DNA of 64,000 nucleotides from Trueperaceae bacterium (lineage in GTDB: Bacteria; Deinococcota; Deinococci; Deinococcales; Trueperaceae). Positions 46,461 through 56,413 of this stretch are shown here, one piece after another. The DNA is taken from positions 2,784,001-2,848,000 of the forward strand of contig OZ243913.1 of the NCBI GenBank assembly GCA_965213705.1, written 5' to 3'. A program made the position numbers and the translations under genes. Below the pieces are notes generated by a model, which did no database searches, was not told the DNA's origin, and saw nothing but the letters and a program-made list of their open reading frames with translations. The stretch's first letter is position 1. Each line of letters starts with the position of its first letter.

Positions 46461-47759
46461 TTGCTGAGCGCGAACCACATCGCCGAAATTTTAAACGCCC
46501 CCCCGCCCCCGGCCGATTTTCCGGCGGTGCGGGGCGCGGCGTTCAACAGTGCGCGGGTGCGGCGCGGCGACGTGTTTTTCGCGCTGCCCGGTGCGGCGAC
46601 GCACGGGCTCAGGTTCGCGGACGCCGCGCTCGCCGAGGGCGCGGCTTTCGTGGTGTCGGACCAACCGCACGAACGCGGGCTGCAGGTCGCCGACCCGGCC
46701 GCGGCGCTGCTGACGCTCGGCCGCTGGGCGCGGGCGCGGCTGACCGGTCCGGTCGTCGGCGTGACCGGCTCGGTCGGCAAGACGACGACGAAAAGTTTTC
46801 TCGCCGCGGCCTTGAACGCGCCGAGCAGTCCGGGCAACTTCAACACGCCCTTGGCACTTGCCATGACCTTGTTCAATACTTACTTGGAAATGGGTAGCGA
46901 CATATCGCTCGTCCTCGAGCTTGGCATCGACCACGTCGGCGAGATGGCGCAACTCGTCGACGTGGTCGAGCCGAGCCACGGGGTACTGACCGCCGTAGCG
47001 GCAAGTCACTTGAAGGGTCTGGGCACGCTCGAGACGGTGGCTGCGGAAAAAAGCAAACTTCTTATAGCTGCGCAACATCGCTGGGCGAGCGTTCAGGCGG
47101 CCGAGTTCTTGAGCGATGGTTTGAGAAAGGGCGTCACCACCTACGGCGTAGAGCCCGAGACAGCCGACCAAAGCGGACGCGTCGTCGCCTCAAGCGCGGT
47201 GGGCCAGAGCGTCGAGTATCACGGCGTCACCTTCGAACTGCATTATCCCGGCGGGGCCGTCGCCCGCAACGCGGTCGCGGCGCTCGTCGTCGCGGAAGCG
47301 TTGGGATTTAACTTGCAAGAGGCCGCCGCCCGCCTCGAAGCGGTGAGGCTCGAGCCCGGCCGCTTGGCCCCCGTCCCCCTCGGCGGCGCGCTGCTGCTCG
47401 ACGACACTTACAACAGCAACCCGGCCTCGGCCGCCGAAGCCCTGGCGGTGTTGCGCGCCGCGAATCGGCCGCACACGGCAATTTTGGGCGACATGCTCGA
47501 GCTGGGCGCGGACTCCAAAACCCTGCACGAAGAGTTGGGACGGCGCACCCTCGGACTGGACCGCGTTGTCGCCATCGGCCCGGAGGCGGCGGCGCTCGCC
47601 GCGGGCAACCCGCAGACTGAAGTGTTCGCCTCGTTCGGCGAGGCGCTGTCGGTGTTGGCGGCGCTGCAACTGGAAGGCACGATTCTGGTTAAGGCTTCAC
47701 GGGGAATGCACTTCGAGCGCGTGGTTGAAGCCTTGCAAAAACAGCAGGTCCCGGCGTGA
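46461..47759 (+). CDS. murF: UDP-MurNAc-tripeptide:D-Ala-D-Ala ligase
   Basis: VTGSVGKTTTK, GNFNT, DDTYNSNP, LGDMLELG, VKASRG. Confidence 0.95.
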   Translation: MLSANHIAEILNAPPPPADFPAVRGAAFNSARVRRGDVFFALPGAATHGLRFADAALAEGAAFVVSDQPHERGLQVADPAAALLTLGRWARARLTGPVVGVTGSVGKTTTKSFLAAALNAPSSPGNFNTPLALAMTLFNTYLEMGSDISLVLELGIDHVGEMAQLVDVVEPSHGVLTAVAASHLKGLGTLETVAAEKSKLLIAAQHRWASVQAAEFLSDGLRKGVTTYGVEPETADQSGRVVASSAVGQSVEYHGVTFELHYPGGAVARNAVAALVVAEALGFNLQEAAARLEAVRLEPGRLAPVPLGGALLLDDTYNSNPASAAEALAVLRAANRPHTAILGDMLELGADSKTLHEELGRRTLGLDRVVAIGPEAAALAAGNPQTEVFASFGEALSVLAALQLEGTILVKASRGMHFERVVEALQKQQVPA

Positions 47760-48667
47760 CGCTGCTGCTAAGCGCACTCGTATCCCTGCTACTCGTCGGC
47801 GTGTTCGTGCAACTCGCAAAGCGCTTCGGACTCGGCAAGAGCGTCCGCCGCGACGGGCCGAGCAGTCACCTCGCCAAAGAAGGCACGCCGACGATGGGCG
47901 GCGTCGCGTTTTTGACGGCGGCCGTTGCCGTGTGGTTACTCGCCGACCTCAAAACGACGGACGGCTTGTCGCTCGTGCTGCTTACCCTGGCAGCCGGGTT
48001 GTTGGGGTTGTACGACGACCTGCTCGCCCTGCGGCGCAAACGGCAAACGGCCGCGGGCGAGGACGCCTCGACCGGCCTGTTGGCGCGCTACCGGCTCATC
48101 GGCCAAGCTTTGGTCGCCCTGCTTTTTTCCATTTACGCCGTCCAGGTGGGGCGCGCGCTGTTCGGCCCCGATATTTTGGATGTTTTAGGCTTTACCTTTA
48201 TTATTATGGGCTCTATCAACGCGGTCAACTTTTCGGACGGGCTCGACGGGCTCGCCGCGGGCATGGTCGCGATTATGCTGCTGCCCTTTTTGGCGTTGCC
48301 GTTTGTGAGCGCCCTCGTCGGGTCGCTGCTCGGGTTTCTTTGGTACAACGGCAAACCCGCGAGGGTGTTTATGGGCGGCGTCGGCTCGGAAGCTTTGGGT
48401 GCGGCGCTCGTCGGGACGGCTATCTTGGCGGGGTGGGTGTGGTATCTTCCGCTGTTGGCCCTCGTGCCTGTTTTAGAGGTGCTGTCCGTTATGATTCAAG
48501 TCGTTTATTTTCGCGCCACCGGCGGCAAACGTTTTTTCAAAATGAGCCCGCTCCACCACCACTTCGAACTCAGCGGTTGGTCGGAAGGGCAAGTCGTCAT
48601 GCGCTTTTGGCTCGTCACCGCGGCGTGCGTCGCCCTCGCCTGGGGCCTAAAGGGTGGAACAGTATGA
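47756..48667 (+). CDS. mraY: Phospho-N-acetylmuramoyl-pentapeptide transferase
   Basis: KEGTPTMGG, NAVNFSDGLDGL, PARVFMG, PLHHHFE. Confidence 0.96.
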   Translation: MTLLLSALVSLLLVGVFVQLAKRFGLGKSVRRDGPSSHLAKEGTPTMGGVAFLTAAVAVWLLADLKTTDGLSLVLLTLAAGLLGLYDDLLALRRKRQTAAGEDASTGLLARYRLIGQALVALLFSIYAVQVGRALFGPDILDVLGFTFIIMGSINAVNFSDGLDGLAAGMVAIMLLPFLALPFVSALVGSLLGFLWYNGKPARVFMGGVGSEALGAALVGTAILAGWVWYLPLLALVPVLEVLSVMIQVVYFRATGGKRFFKMSPLHHHFELSGWSEGQVVMRFWLVTAACVALAWGLKGGTV

Positions 48668-50097
48668 GAGCGCTCGTTTACGGACTCGGCCGGAGCGGTC
48701 TGGCAGTCAGTCGGTTGCTGGCGCGCCAAGGTCACGGCTTCGTCGCCTTTGACAACCGTTTAGCGGACGCCGACCGGACAGAGGTCGAGCGGCTGGGCGG
48801 CGAGGTCACTCAGCACCCTTTGGATGAAAACGTCGACATCTGCATCGCCGCGCCGGGTGTTCCCTACGACCATGCAGACTTGGTAGGTTTGCGGACGGGC
48901 GGGCTCGAGACCGTGGGCGAGGTCGAGTGGGTGTACCGCACGGTGGACGCGCCCATCGTCGGAATTACCGGGACGGCGGGCAAAACGTCGGCGACGCGCC
49001 TCCTCACCGACGTGTTGCAGGGGGCGGGCCTGGACGCCGTGGCGGGCGGCAACATCGACCCCGCCCTGGCGGAAGTTGCCGCGCCGGGCCGCACGCTCGT
49101 CACCGAACTGTCCTCGTTTCAGCTCGAGCGCTGCCCGACCCTCAAACCGCGCGTCGCCGTGGTGCTCAACTTAGGCGTCGACCACTTGGACCGGCACGGC
49201 AGCGTCGCGGCCTACCACGAGGCGAAGCGGGCCGTCACCCGCAACCAAACCGCCGCCGACCTGCTCGTCTACAACGCGGACGACCCGGTGTTGAGAGGGT
49301 GGGCCGCGCAGAGTGCGGCGCGCACGTCGGGGTTTTCGCTTACCGACACCGCCGCGGCGTGTCTCAAAAAAGACGCGCTCTGTCTGCACGGCGAGAAGCT
49401 GCTCGAGACCGCCGAGTTGTATTTGCAAGGCCGCCACCAATGGGGTAACGCGCTCGCCGTGGCGCTCGCGGCCATTGAACTCGGTGTGAACCGTGACGAG
49501 ATTGCCGACGGCCTCAAAAACTTTCAAGGTGTACCCGGTCGTTACGCACCTGCAGGTACGGTTGGCGGCGTGGGGTTCGTCGAAGACTCCATCGCGACGC
49601 GCACGCTCGCCGTTCGCGCGGCTTTAGAAGCGACGCCGGAACCGGTCGTGTGGATAGTTGGCGGCGTGGACAAGGGTGCGGACCTTGCCGACCTGCTCCC
49701 GCTCGTGCGGCAAAAAGTAAAGCTCGTCGTGGGCATAGGCGAAGCTGGGCCGGTGTTTACAGGGGCGTTTGCAGAAGTGACCGCCGCGGCCGTTTGCCGA
49801 CAGGCCGAGGGCGAGGCGGCCCTGGTGTGCGCTTGCCGGCGCGGGCTCGAGTTTTTGCGCTCAAACCACGGGGGCGCAGGTACTGTGTTGTTGGCTCCCC
49901 TAGGCGCGTCGTTCGACCAGTTCAAAGACTACCGCGAGCGCGCCGCCGTTTTCCGGCGTGTGGTCGCGTCTCTAAAAAACGAGTGGCACGCTGCAAAGTT
50001 GAAAAGTGAGTCAGAGGTGGCTGGGTCAGAGGTGGCTGGGTCAGAGGTGACTGGGTCGAAAAACATCGAGCTGGAGGACGCATGGACGTACCGCTGA
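48664..50097 (+). CDS. murD: UDP-MurNAc-L-Ala:D-Glu ligase
   Basis: MRALVYGLGRSG, ITGTAGKT, ELSSFQL, DHLDRH, SFDQFKDY; start at 48664, not 47566. Confidence 0.95.
   Translation: MRALVYGLGRSGLAVSRLLARQGHGFVAFDNRLADADRTEVERLGGEVTQHPLDENVDICIAAPGVPYDHADLVGLRTGGLETVGEVEWVYRTVDAPIVGITGTAGKTSATRLLTDVLQGAGLDAVAGGNIDPALAEVAAPGRTLVTELSSFQLERCPTLKPRVAVVLNLGVDHLDRHGSVAAYHEAKRAVTRNQTAADLLVYNADDPVLRGWAAQSAARTSGFSLTDTAAACLKKDALCLHGEKLLETAELYLQGRHQWGNALAVALAAIELGVNRDEIADGLKNFQGVPGRYAPAGTVGGVGFVEDSIATRTLAVRAALEATPEPVVWIVGGVDKGADLADLLPLVRQKVKLVVGIGEAGPVFTGAFAEVTAAAVCRQAEGEAALVCACRRGLEFLRSNHGGAGTVLLAPLGASFDQFKDYRERAAVFRRVVASLKNEWHAAKLKSESEVAGSEVAGSEVTGSKNIELEDAWTYR
50011..50055 (+). repeat. 15-bp tandem repeat x3 in murD 3' end (SEVAG SEVAG SEVTG)
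   Basis: TCAGAGGTGGCTGGG x2 + TCAGAGGTGACTGGG. Confidence 0.9.
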
Positions 50098-51134
50098 TTT
50101 TTGTCCAGCTCACGCTCGGCATGTTGGGCGTTCTCGGGGTGGCGGCGAGCCAGCCGGAGAGTTGGCTCGAGCAACTCCTGAACGTGGTTCTCGGGCTCAT
50201 GGTGGTGGTGGTGGTGTCCCGCTTCAAACCCAAAACGATCGTCAAACTCAGTCCTTACGGGTACGTGGGCGTGCTGCTGATGCTCGCGCTCGTGCTGGTC
50301 ATCGGCATTTCACCCGACGGCAGCGACAGCAAGCGCTGGCTTTCGCTCGGCTTCGGCACGGTTCAACCCTCGGAGTTTATGAAAGTAGCCGTCATCGCTT
50401 ACCTCAGCGCTTTTTTCCACAACCACTTGGGCAACTGGCAGATTTGGCGGCCGATGGTCGTCATCGGCATCGCTGCCGGTTTGATCGTCGCCGAGCCGAA
50501 CGTGAGCACGGCGCTGTTCGTCTTCGCGCTCGCTTTCGCCGTCATGATTGCCGCCGGGACGACGTTTTTGCGGCTGGCGAGTATCACCACCGCCGCCGCC
50601 ATCATCGCGACGCTGGTAGCGGGACCTTACTTGAGTCAGTACAGTTATATAAGCGACCGGTTCAAAGCCTACGCCGACATGCGCGGCGAACAGTCGCAGA
50701 CCGACACTATCAGCTATCAACCCCGGCAGGCGCAGCGCGCGCTCGTCAAGGCGGGTTTTTTCGGCATCGGGCCGGGTCGCCCCTTATCGGTCCCGGAAGC
50801 GGCCACCGACATGATAGCCATTTCGGTGGCTTATGCACTCGGGTTGAGCGGGGTGGCGGCACTGGTGGGTTTGTACCTCATCTTGGCGCTGCGCGGGTTG
50901 CGCGTCGCCGCGGCGCTGGCCGGGCCGGGCAGTTTGTTGGCGGCTGGGGCGACGACGTACATCTGCGCGCAAGCAGCGCTCAACCTGCTGGTCGCGTCGG
51001 GCTTGTTGCCGGTCACGGGCGTGGTGTTGCCGTTTGTAAGTCACGGGTTCAACAGTTTGATATCGGTGTCGGTGGCGATGGGTTTTTTGCACAGCGCCTA
51101 CCGCCAGGCGAGAGCCGAAGGGATAGCGGTATGA
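50082..51134 (+). CDS. ftsW: SEDS-family peptidoglycan glycosyltransferase FtsW
   Basis: KRWL, QPSEFMK, PEAATD, PVTGVVLPFVSHG; dcw position. Confidence 0.9.
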   Translation: MDVPLIFVQLTLGMLGVLGVAASQPESWLEQLLNVVLGLMVVVVVSRFKPKTIVKLSPYGYVGVLLMLALVLVIGISPDGSDSKRWLSLGFGTVQPSEFMKVAVIAYLSAFFHNHLGNWQIWRPMVVIGIAAGLIVAEPNVSTALFVFALAFAVMIAAGTTFLRLASITTAAAIIATLVAGPYLSQYSYISDRFKAYADMRGEQSQTDTISYQPRQAQRALVKAGFFGIGPGRPLSVPEAATDMIAISVAYALGLSGVAALVGLYLILALRGLRVAAALAGPGSLLAAGATTYICAQAALNLLVASGLLPVTGVVLPFVSHGFNSLISVSVAMGFLHSAYRQARAEGIAV

Positions 51135-52231
51135 CCCGCATCCTGTTTGCGACCGGCGGGACCGGGGGCCACATCTATCCGGCGTTGAGCGTCGCCAAAG
51201 AGGCGCAAGCCAGAGGCTATCAGCCCGTCTTTTTGGGCGGCGCGGACGGCATGGAGGCGCGCGTGGTACCCGAGGCGGGTTTTGAATTTCACGGCGTGGC
51301 GACCGGCAAGTGGGACCGCTCGCGCCCCGACCCGCGGCAAGCGCTCAAAGCTGCCAGAGGTCTGGCGCAGGCCGTTCAAATCGTGAGGCGGACAGGGCCC
51401 CGCGTCGTCATCGGCTTCGGCGGTTTCGCGAGCTTTCCCGGTCTGGCGGCGGCGCGGCTGTTGGGCGTGCCCTACGTCCTGCACGAGGGCAACGCCTACC
51501 CCGGCAAGGTCACGAGGTGGCTCTCTAGCGGGGCCGCGGCGGTCGCGGTGTCGCACCGGGCCGCTGCGCCGCACCTGCCACAGGCCAAAAACATCGTCGT
51601 GACCGGTTTCCCGGTACGCGAAGAACGTGTGGGTAAAACGGAGGCTCGAGCGCGCCTAAATTTACCCGCAACCGGCCCGCTCACCTTTGTGATGGGCGGC
51701 TCGCAGGGCTCGGTGGTGCTGAACGAGGCGGTGCCCGCGGCGTTTGTAAACCTCGAAGCAGCCGGAACCGTGTTGCACAGCACGGGCCGCCGCTGGGAAG
51801 CGCAGGTTGAGAAGCGGACTCGAGACCTTGAGACCTACCACACGACCGGCTTTGCCGACGCGGTGCTCGCCTGGTCGGCGGCGGACGTGGCGATTACGAG
51901 GGCCGGAATAAGCACACTCTCCGAGGCTGCTTTCCACGGCGTCCCGGTCGTCATGGTGCCGCTGCCGAGTTCGGCCGAAAATCATCAACTGCACAACGCC
52001 CAAAACGTCGCCGCGGCGGGGGCGGGCTGGGTCGTCGAGGAGAGAGACTTGGAAAGCTTGAGCGCCGTCTGGCAACACGCTTTGCAGCCGGAGGTGTTGG
52101 AGCGCGCTCGGGCCGCTCGCAGCCTCTCTCCCCAAGGCGCGCCCGCCGCGCTCGTCGACCTCCTAGACGTGGTCCTTCACTCGGCACACTTGGCAGACAC
52201 GCCACGCCCGCAACCCCAGAAGTCCCTATGA
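51131..52231 (+). CDS. murG: Lipid II GlcNAc transferase MurG
   Basis: TGGTGGHIYP, GFGGFAS, HEGNA, GGSQG, RAG, HQLHNA. Confidence 0.96.
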   Translation: MTRILFATGGTGGHIYPALSVAKEAQARGYQPVFLGGADGMEARVVPEAGFEFHGVATGKWDRSRPDPRQALKAARGLAQAVQIVRRTGPRVVIGFGGFASFPGLAAARLLGVPYVLHEGNAYPGKVTRWLSSGAAAVAVSHRAAAPHLPQAKNIVVTGFPVREERVGKTEARARLNLPATGPLTFVMGGSQGSVVLNEAVPAAFVNLEAAGTVLHSTGRRWEAQVEKRTRDLETYHTTGFADAVLAWSAADVAITRAGISTLSEAAFHGVPVVMVPLPSSAENHQLHNAQNVAAAGAGWVVEERDLESLSAVWQHALQPEVLERARAARSLSPQGAPAALVDLLDVVLHSAHLADTPRPQPQKSL

Positions 52232-53628
52232 AACCTCACCTGCACTTTATGGGCATCGGCGGCATCAGCATGAGCGGCCTGGCGCGCTGGTACCAGGCCG
52301 ACGGCCACCGCGTCTCCGGCTGCGACAGCGCCTTGGGGCCGAACGTCGAGCGGTTGCGCAACGAGGGTATTTCGGTCGCCGTCGGCCACTCGCCCGACCA
52401 CCTGACCGACGTCGACGTTTTGGTCAGCACGATGGCCGTACCCAACGAGGCGATTCTCAACAGTTTCGAGGAAATCGGCGCGGCGCAAACGCTGGGCGTC
52501 AGGAGCATCAAACGCATCGAGCTGTTGGCCGACCTGTTCGAAAAACGCCGCGCGGTCGCGGTCACGGGAACGCACGGCAAGAGCACGACCTCGGGGATGT
52601 TGGCGACGATTTTTGTGATGGCGAAGCTCGACCCGTCGGTGCAACTCGGCGCGACGCTGCCCATCTTAGAAGGCGTGATGCGCTACGGCGGCGGCCCGCA
52701 CCTCGTCGCCGAGGTCGACGAGTCCGACCCCGGCTTCGCGCACCTGCGAGCCGACGTCGCGGTCATTACCAACTTGGAAGACGACCACGTCGCGGGCGAC
52801 TACAGCGAGCGGCGCAACTACCACGCGAGCTTCGCCGACTTGGAGGCCGCGACGCTGAGCTTCGCCCAAAAAGCGCGGCAGGTCGTGTACTGCCGCGACT
52901 GGCCGGGGTTGCGAAGAATCGTCGGCGGGACGAACGCCGTGTCCTACGGCTTGGACGCAGAAGCGGACTACCGCGTTCGGGACCTGGTGCTGGCCCACGA
53001 CGCCAGCACCTTCACGCTCACCTCGCCGGAGGGGCACAGCGTGGCGGTCGAACTCGCTATTCCGGGCCGCTACAACGTGCAAAACGCGGCGGCGGCGCTC
53101 ACGGCCGCCCACCTCTCCGGCGTCGCCCTGGAAACGGCCGCCGCCGCCCTGGCGAGTTTCGGCGGCGTCGGGCGGCGCTGGCAGCGCTGGGGCAACGTGG
53201 CGGGCGCGCTCGTTATCGACGACTACGCCCACCACCCGACCGAAGTCGCGGCGACCCTCACCGCCGCCAAAAATACCGGGCGGCGGGTGCGCGCCGTGCT
53301 ACAGCCGCACCGCTGGATTCGCACCGCCCGCCTTTGGCCCGCGCTCGCCGACGCCGCGGCTCTAGCCGACGAAATTCTCGTGCTGGACATTTACGCCGCG
53401 GGCGAGGCGGAAATTCCGGGGGTGTCGCCCCACTTAATCGTCGAGCGCCTAAAGGCGGCGGGCAAGGCGGCGAGCTACCACAGTTTCGCCTCGGCGCAGA
53501 GTTACTTGCGAGGCTCGTTGCAAGAGGACGACCTCGTCATCACCTTGGGCGCGGGCGACGTGTGGCGCGTTGCGGCCGAACTCGTCTCCAATCCGCCAAT
53601 TGCGGAGGGTGTTCGTGCCCACCGCTGA
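52228..53628 (+). CDS. murC: UDP-MurNAc:L-Ala ligase
   Basis: HFMGIGGISMSGLA, GTHGKSTT, EVDESD, DDYAHHPTE, LGAGD. Confidence 0.97.
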   Translation: MKPHLHFMGIGGISMSGLARWYQADGHRVSGCDSALGPNVERLRNEGISVAVGHSPDHLTDVDVLVSTMAVPNEAILNSFEEIGAAQTLGVRSIKRIELLADLFEKRRAVAVTGTHGKSTTSGMLATIFVMAKLDPSVQLGATLPILEGVMRYGGGPHLVAEVDESDPGFAHLRADVAVITNLEDDHVAGDYSERRNYHASFADLEAATLSFAQKARQVVYCRDWPGLRRIVGGTNAVSYGLDAEADYRVRDLVLAHDASTFTLTSPEGHSVAVELAIPGRYNVQNAAAALTAAHLSGVALETAAAALASFGGVGRRWQRWGNVAGALVIDDYAHHPTEVAATLTAAKNTGRRVRAVLQPHRWIRTARLWPALADAAALADEILVLDIYAAGEAEIPGVSPHLIVERLKAAGKAASYHSFASAQSYLRGSLQEDDLVITLGAGDVWRVAAELVSNPPIAEGVRAHR

Positions 53629-54463
53629 CACCCCCACCCTCCAGCGCCGCGTCGACTTGGCGGCTTACACGACCCTGAGAGTCGGCGGCCCGACCGAGCT
53701 GTGGGAGGTTCAGGGTGAACGCGACTTGCGCGAGGCGACGCGCGAACCCTACCGTGTCCTCGGGGCCGGGTCGAACCTGCTCGTCGCCGACGCGGGCGTA
53801 CCCGAGCGCGTCGTGAAGTTAGGCCGGGCCTACAACAGCCTGGGTGACTTCGCCGGGCAAACCGACCTGTGGCTCGGCGCGGCCACACCGTTGCCGGGAC
53901 TGGTGCGGCGCGCGGCTCGAGCCGGACTCTCAGGATTGGAGGGCTTGTGGGGCGTGCCTGCCGTTTTGGGCGGGGCCGTCGCCATGAACGCAGGCACCCG
54001 CTACGGCGAGATGAGCGACACCTTGCAGGAGGTCGAGGTTTTCGTAGACGGTAAGGCAGAACGGCTACCGGCCGACGCTCTCGGTTTGCGCTACCGCCAC
54101 AGCGCCTTGCCGCCCGGCGCGATTGTCACGCGGGCGCGGCTCAAACTCACGCCGTCCAGCCCCGGAAAGGTCGCGGCCCGCCTCGCCGAGGTCGACGCGG
54201 CGCGCAAGAGTCAGCCCAAAGTCAAGTCGGCGGGCTGCGCGTTCAAAAACCCGCCCGGCGACAGCGCCGGGCGACTCATCGACCGGGCCGGACTCAAAGG
54301 CCTGCGCGTCGGCGACGCGCTGGTGGCCGAGGAGCACGGCAACTTCGTGGTGAACGCGGGCCGCGCGACCGCGCGAGACGTCCTGGAACTGACGAGGCTG
54401 GTCCAGGCGCAGGTCGAGGTGCCGCTGGAACTCGAGTGGCAGCTGTGGGGATTCGGGGCGTGA
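53615..54463 (+). CDS. murB: UDP-N-acetylenolpyruvoylglucosamine reductase
   Basis: TTLRVGG, LGAGSNLL, GGAVAMNAG, YRHS, SAGCAFKNP, HGNF. Confidence 0.95.
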   Translation: MPTADTPTLQRRVDLAAYTTLRVGGPTELWEVQGERDLREATREPYRVLGAGSNLLVADAGVPERVVKLGRAYNSLGDFAGQTDLWLGAATPLPGLVRRAARAGLSGLEGLWGVPAVLGGAVAMNAGTRYGEMSDTLQEVEVFVDGKAERLPADALGLRYRHSALPPGAIVTRARLKLTPSSPGKVAARLAEVDAARKSQPKVKSAGCAFKNPPGDSAGRLIDRAGLKGLRVGDALVAEEHGNFVVNAGRATARDVLELTRLVQAQVEVPLELEWQLWGFGA

Positions 54464-55083
54464 GGACGCGGCGAGCGAAAACGCGGCGCAGGTGGATGGT
54501 GGGCGCGCTCGCGCTGCTCATGGTAGTCGTCGCCGCCAGCCGTTTCTACCCCACCCTGAACCGGGTCGAAACTATCGGCAACCGCCACTACAGCGCCGCC
54601 GAGGTGATGACTTTGGCGAACACCGAGCCGGGCGACCCCTTTTTCTGGATTATCAAAAGTCGCGTCGCCAAGCTCGTCCAAGACCCGTGGATTGAGAGCG
54701 CCCGCGTCTACCGCCACTGGCCGGACACGGTTGCCATCACCGTGGTCGAGCGCCAGCCCGCCGTGACGGTCGACGGGGCCGTTTACGCCCTCGACGGAAC
54801 CTTGTTGCCGAACGCGGCGGAAGCCGAGCAGGACGGTCTTGTCACGATAACGGGCTGGGGTGAGGACCGTGTTGAGGAGGCTTTCGAACTCTTGCGTCAA
54901 CTGGCAGACTATCAGCCCAAGATGTTAAGCTACTCGCCAGCAGGATTCACGATTCAGCTTGCCACAACTGAAGTTTTTACACCCTCGGTTGACGCGTTGA
55001 GAGCGAACTGGGCGAGCTTTTTAAGTCAACAAGGGACGCGCGTCGCCGTTTATCCCTGGGGAGTGAGCGCAGCACATGACTGA
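54460..55083 (+). CDS. ftsQ: Cell division protein FtsQ/DivIB
   Basis: Basic N-terminus, TM, POTRA-like (GNRHYS..PWIESARVYRHWPDTVAITVVER); directly before ftsA. Confidence 0.85.
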   Translation: MRTRRAKTRRRWMVGALALLMVVVAASRFYPTLNRVETIGNRHYSAAEVMTLANTEPGDPFFWIIKSRVAKLVQDPWIESARVYRHWPDTVAITVVERQPAVTVDGAVYALDGTLLPNAAEAEQDGLVTITGWGEDRVEEAFELLRQLADYQPKMLSYSPAGFTIQLATTEVFTPSVDALRANWASFLSQQGTRVAVYPWGVSAAHD

Positions 55084-56323
55084 CGAACGCATCATCGTCG
55101 GACTCGACATCGGTACGACCAAAATCTGCACCGTCATCGGCGAAATCGCCAGTGACGGCGTGCTTGACATCATCGGCGAGGGCACGGTGCCGAGCGACGG
55201 CCTGCGCAAGGGCGTGGTCGTGAATTTGGAACGCACCATCGCCTCGGTGCGGCAGTCCATCGCCGCGGCCGAACGGGTCGCGGGCGTCGAGGTCGAGAGC
55301 GCCTGGCTCGGCGTGGCGGGCAGCCACCTCAAAGCCCTGACCAGTCACGGCATGGCCGCGATTCGGCGCGGTCAAGAAATCTTGCCCGGCGACGTGGAAC
55401 GCACCATCGAAAACGCTCGAGCCGTGCCCCTAGAAGCCAACATGGACATCATCCACGTCATCCCGCAAGAATACGTCGTAGACGGCAACGAGGGCATCAA
55501 AGACCCGGTCGGCATGTCGGGCGTGCGCCTGGAGGTCGACGTCCACATCATCGCCGGGGCACAAGGGCCGCTGCAAAACCTGAAACGCTGCGCGCGCGAC
55601 GCGGGCGTCGAGGTCGAGGGGATGGTCGTCCAGGCACTCGCCTCGGGCCTGGCCGTGCTCGACGAGGGCGAGGTCGAAGTCACCACGCTCCTCATCGACA
55701 TCGGCGGCGGCACCACGGACGTCGGCGTGTTTCGCCGCGGCACGCTGGCCCACTCGGCGGTCATTCCTTTAGGCGGCGACCACATTACCCAGGACATCTC
55801 GCAACTCTTGCGCATCCCCCCCGACGAAGCCGAGCGGGTCAAAAAACGCTACGGGGTCGCCATCCCCGACATGGCGGACAGAGAGGTCATATTGGAGGTC
55901 GCCAACCCGAACTTCACCACGTCTTTGACCACCTTTGAACTCGCCCAAGTGATTCGCCCGCGCGTCATCGAAATTTTGGACCTCGTCAAGCAAAACATCG
56001 AGCAGCGGATGGGGGCGTTGGAGCTGCTAGCGGGCAACGTGGTCATTACCGGCGGCGCGTCGCTCATGCCGGGGCTCGACCAGGTCGCCACCGACCGCTT
56101 CCGGCTGCCGGTGCGCACCGGCAAACCGCACGGCGTCTCGGGCCTCACCGACGTGGTGGCGAGTCCCGCGCACGCGACGGCCGTCGGCTTGGTCCGCTAC
56201 GGGATGCAGCACTGGCACCCGCAACCTGCGCGCCGCGCGCGCCCGACCGCGACGGGGCCGGCGGTCGAAAGTTTCAACACGCTTATTTCCAGGGCCCGCA
56301 ATCTTTTGAAGGATTTCTTTTAG
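55076..56323 (+). CDS. ftsA: Cell division protein FtsA
   Basis: VGLDIGTTKI, DIGGGTTD, GGDHITQDI, VITGG, amphipathic C-terminus. Confidence 0.97.
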   Translation: MTDERIIVGLDIGTTKICTVIGEIASDGVLDIIGEGTVPSDGLRKGVVVNLERTIASVRQSIAAAERVAGVEVESAWLGVAGSHLKALTSHGMAAIRRGQEILPGDVERTIENARAVPLEANMDIIHVIPQEYVVDGNEGIKDPVGMSGVRLEVDVHIIAGAQGPLQNLKRCARDAGVEVEGMVVQALASGLAVLDEGEVEVTTLLIDIGGGTTDVGVFRRGTLAHSAVIPLGGDHITQDISQLLRIPPDEAERVKKRYGVAIPDMADREVILEVANPNFTTSLTTFELAQVIRPRVIEILDLVKQNIEQRMGALELLAGNVVITGGASLMPGLDQVATDRFRLPVRTGKPHGVSGLTDVVASPAHATAVGLVRYGMQHWHPQPARRARPTATGPAVESFNTLISRARNLLKDFF

Positions 56324-56330
56324 TAGTTCA

Positions 56331-56366
56331 GAGGTATCATCTGTGATTTACTCACAGATGTTCCTC
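56331..56366. repeat. AGGTATCATCT-type hairpin between ftsA and ftsZ
   Basis: GAGGTATCATCTGTGA-TTTAC-TCACAGATGTTCCTC; same core as the hairpins inside rnpB. Confidence 0.7.
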
Positions 56367-56413
56367 GCATTCGTTTAGACCTCACGCCTCGAGACCGTAA
56401 AAAGGAGCACACC

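Noticed and set aside
47566..48663. 843-aa MurD and 689-aa MurG as fusion proteins
   Set aside because: The extensions are shadow frames over mraY and ftsW; real starts are at 48664 and 51131 with stop/start overlaps
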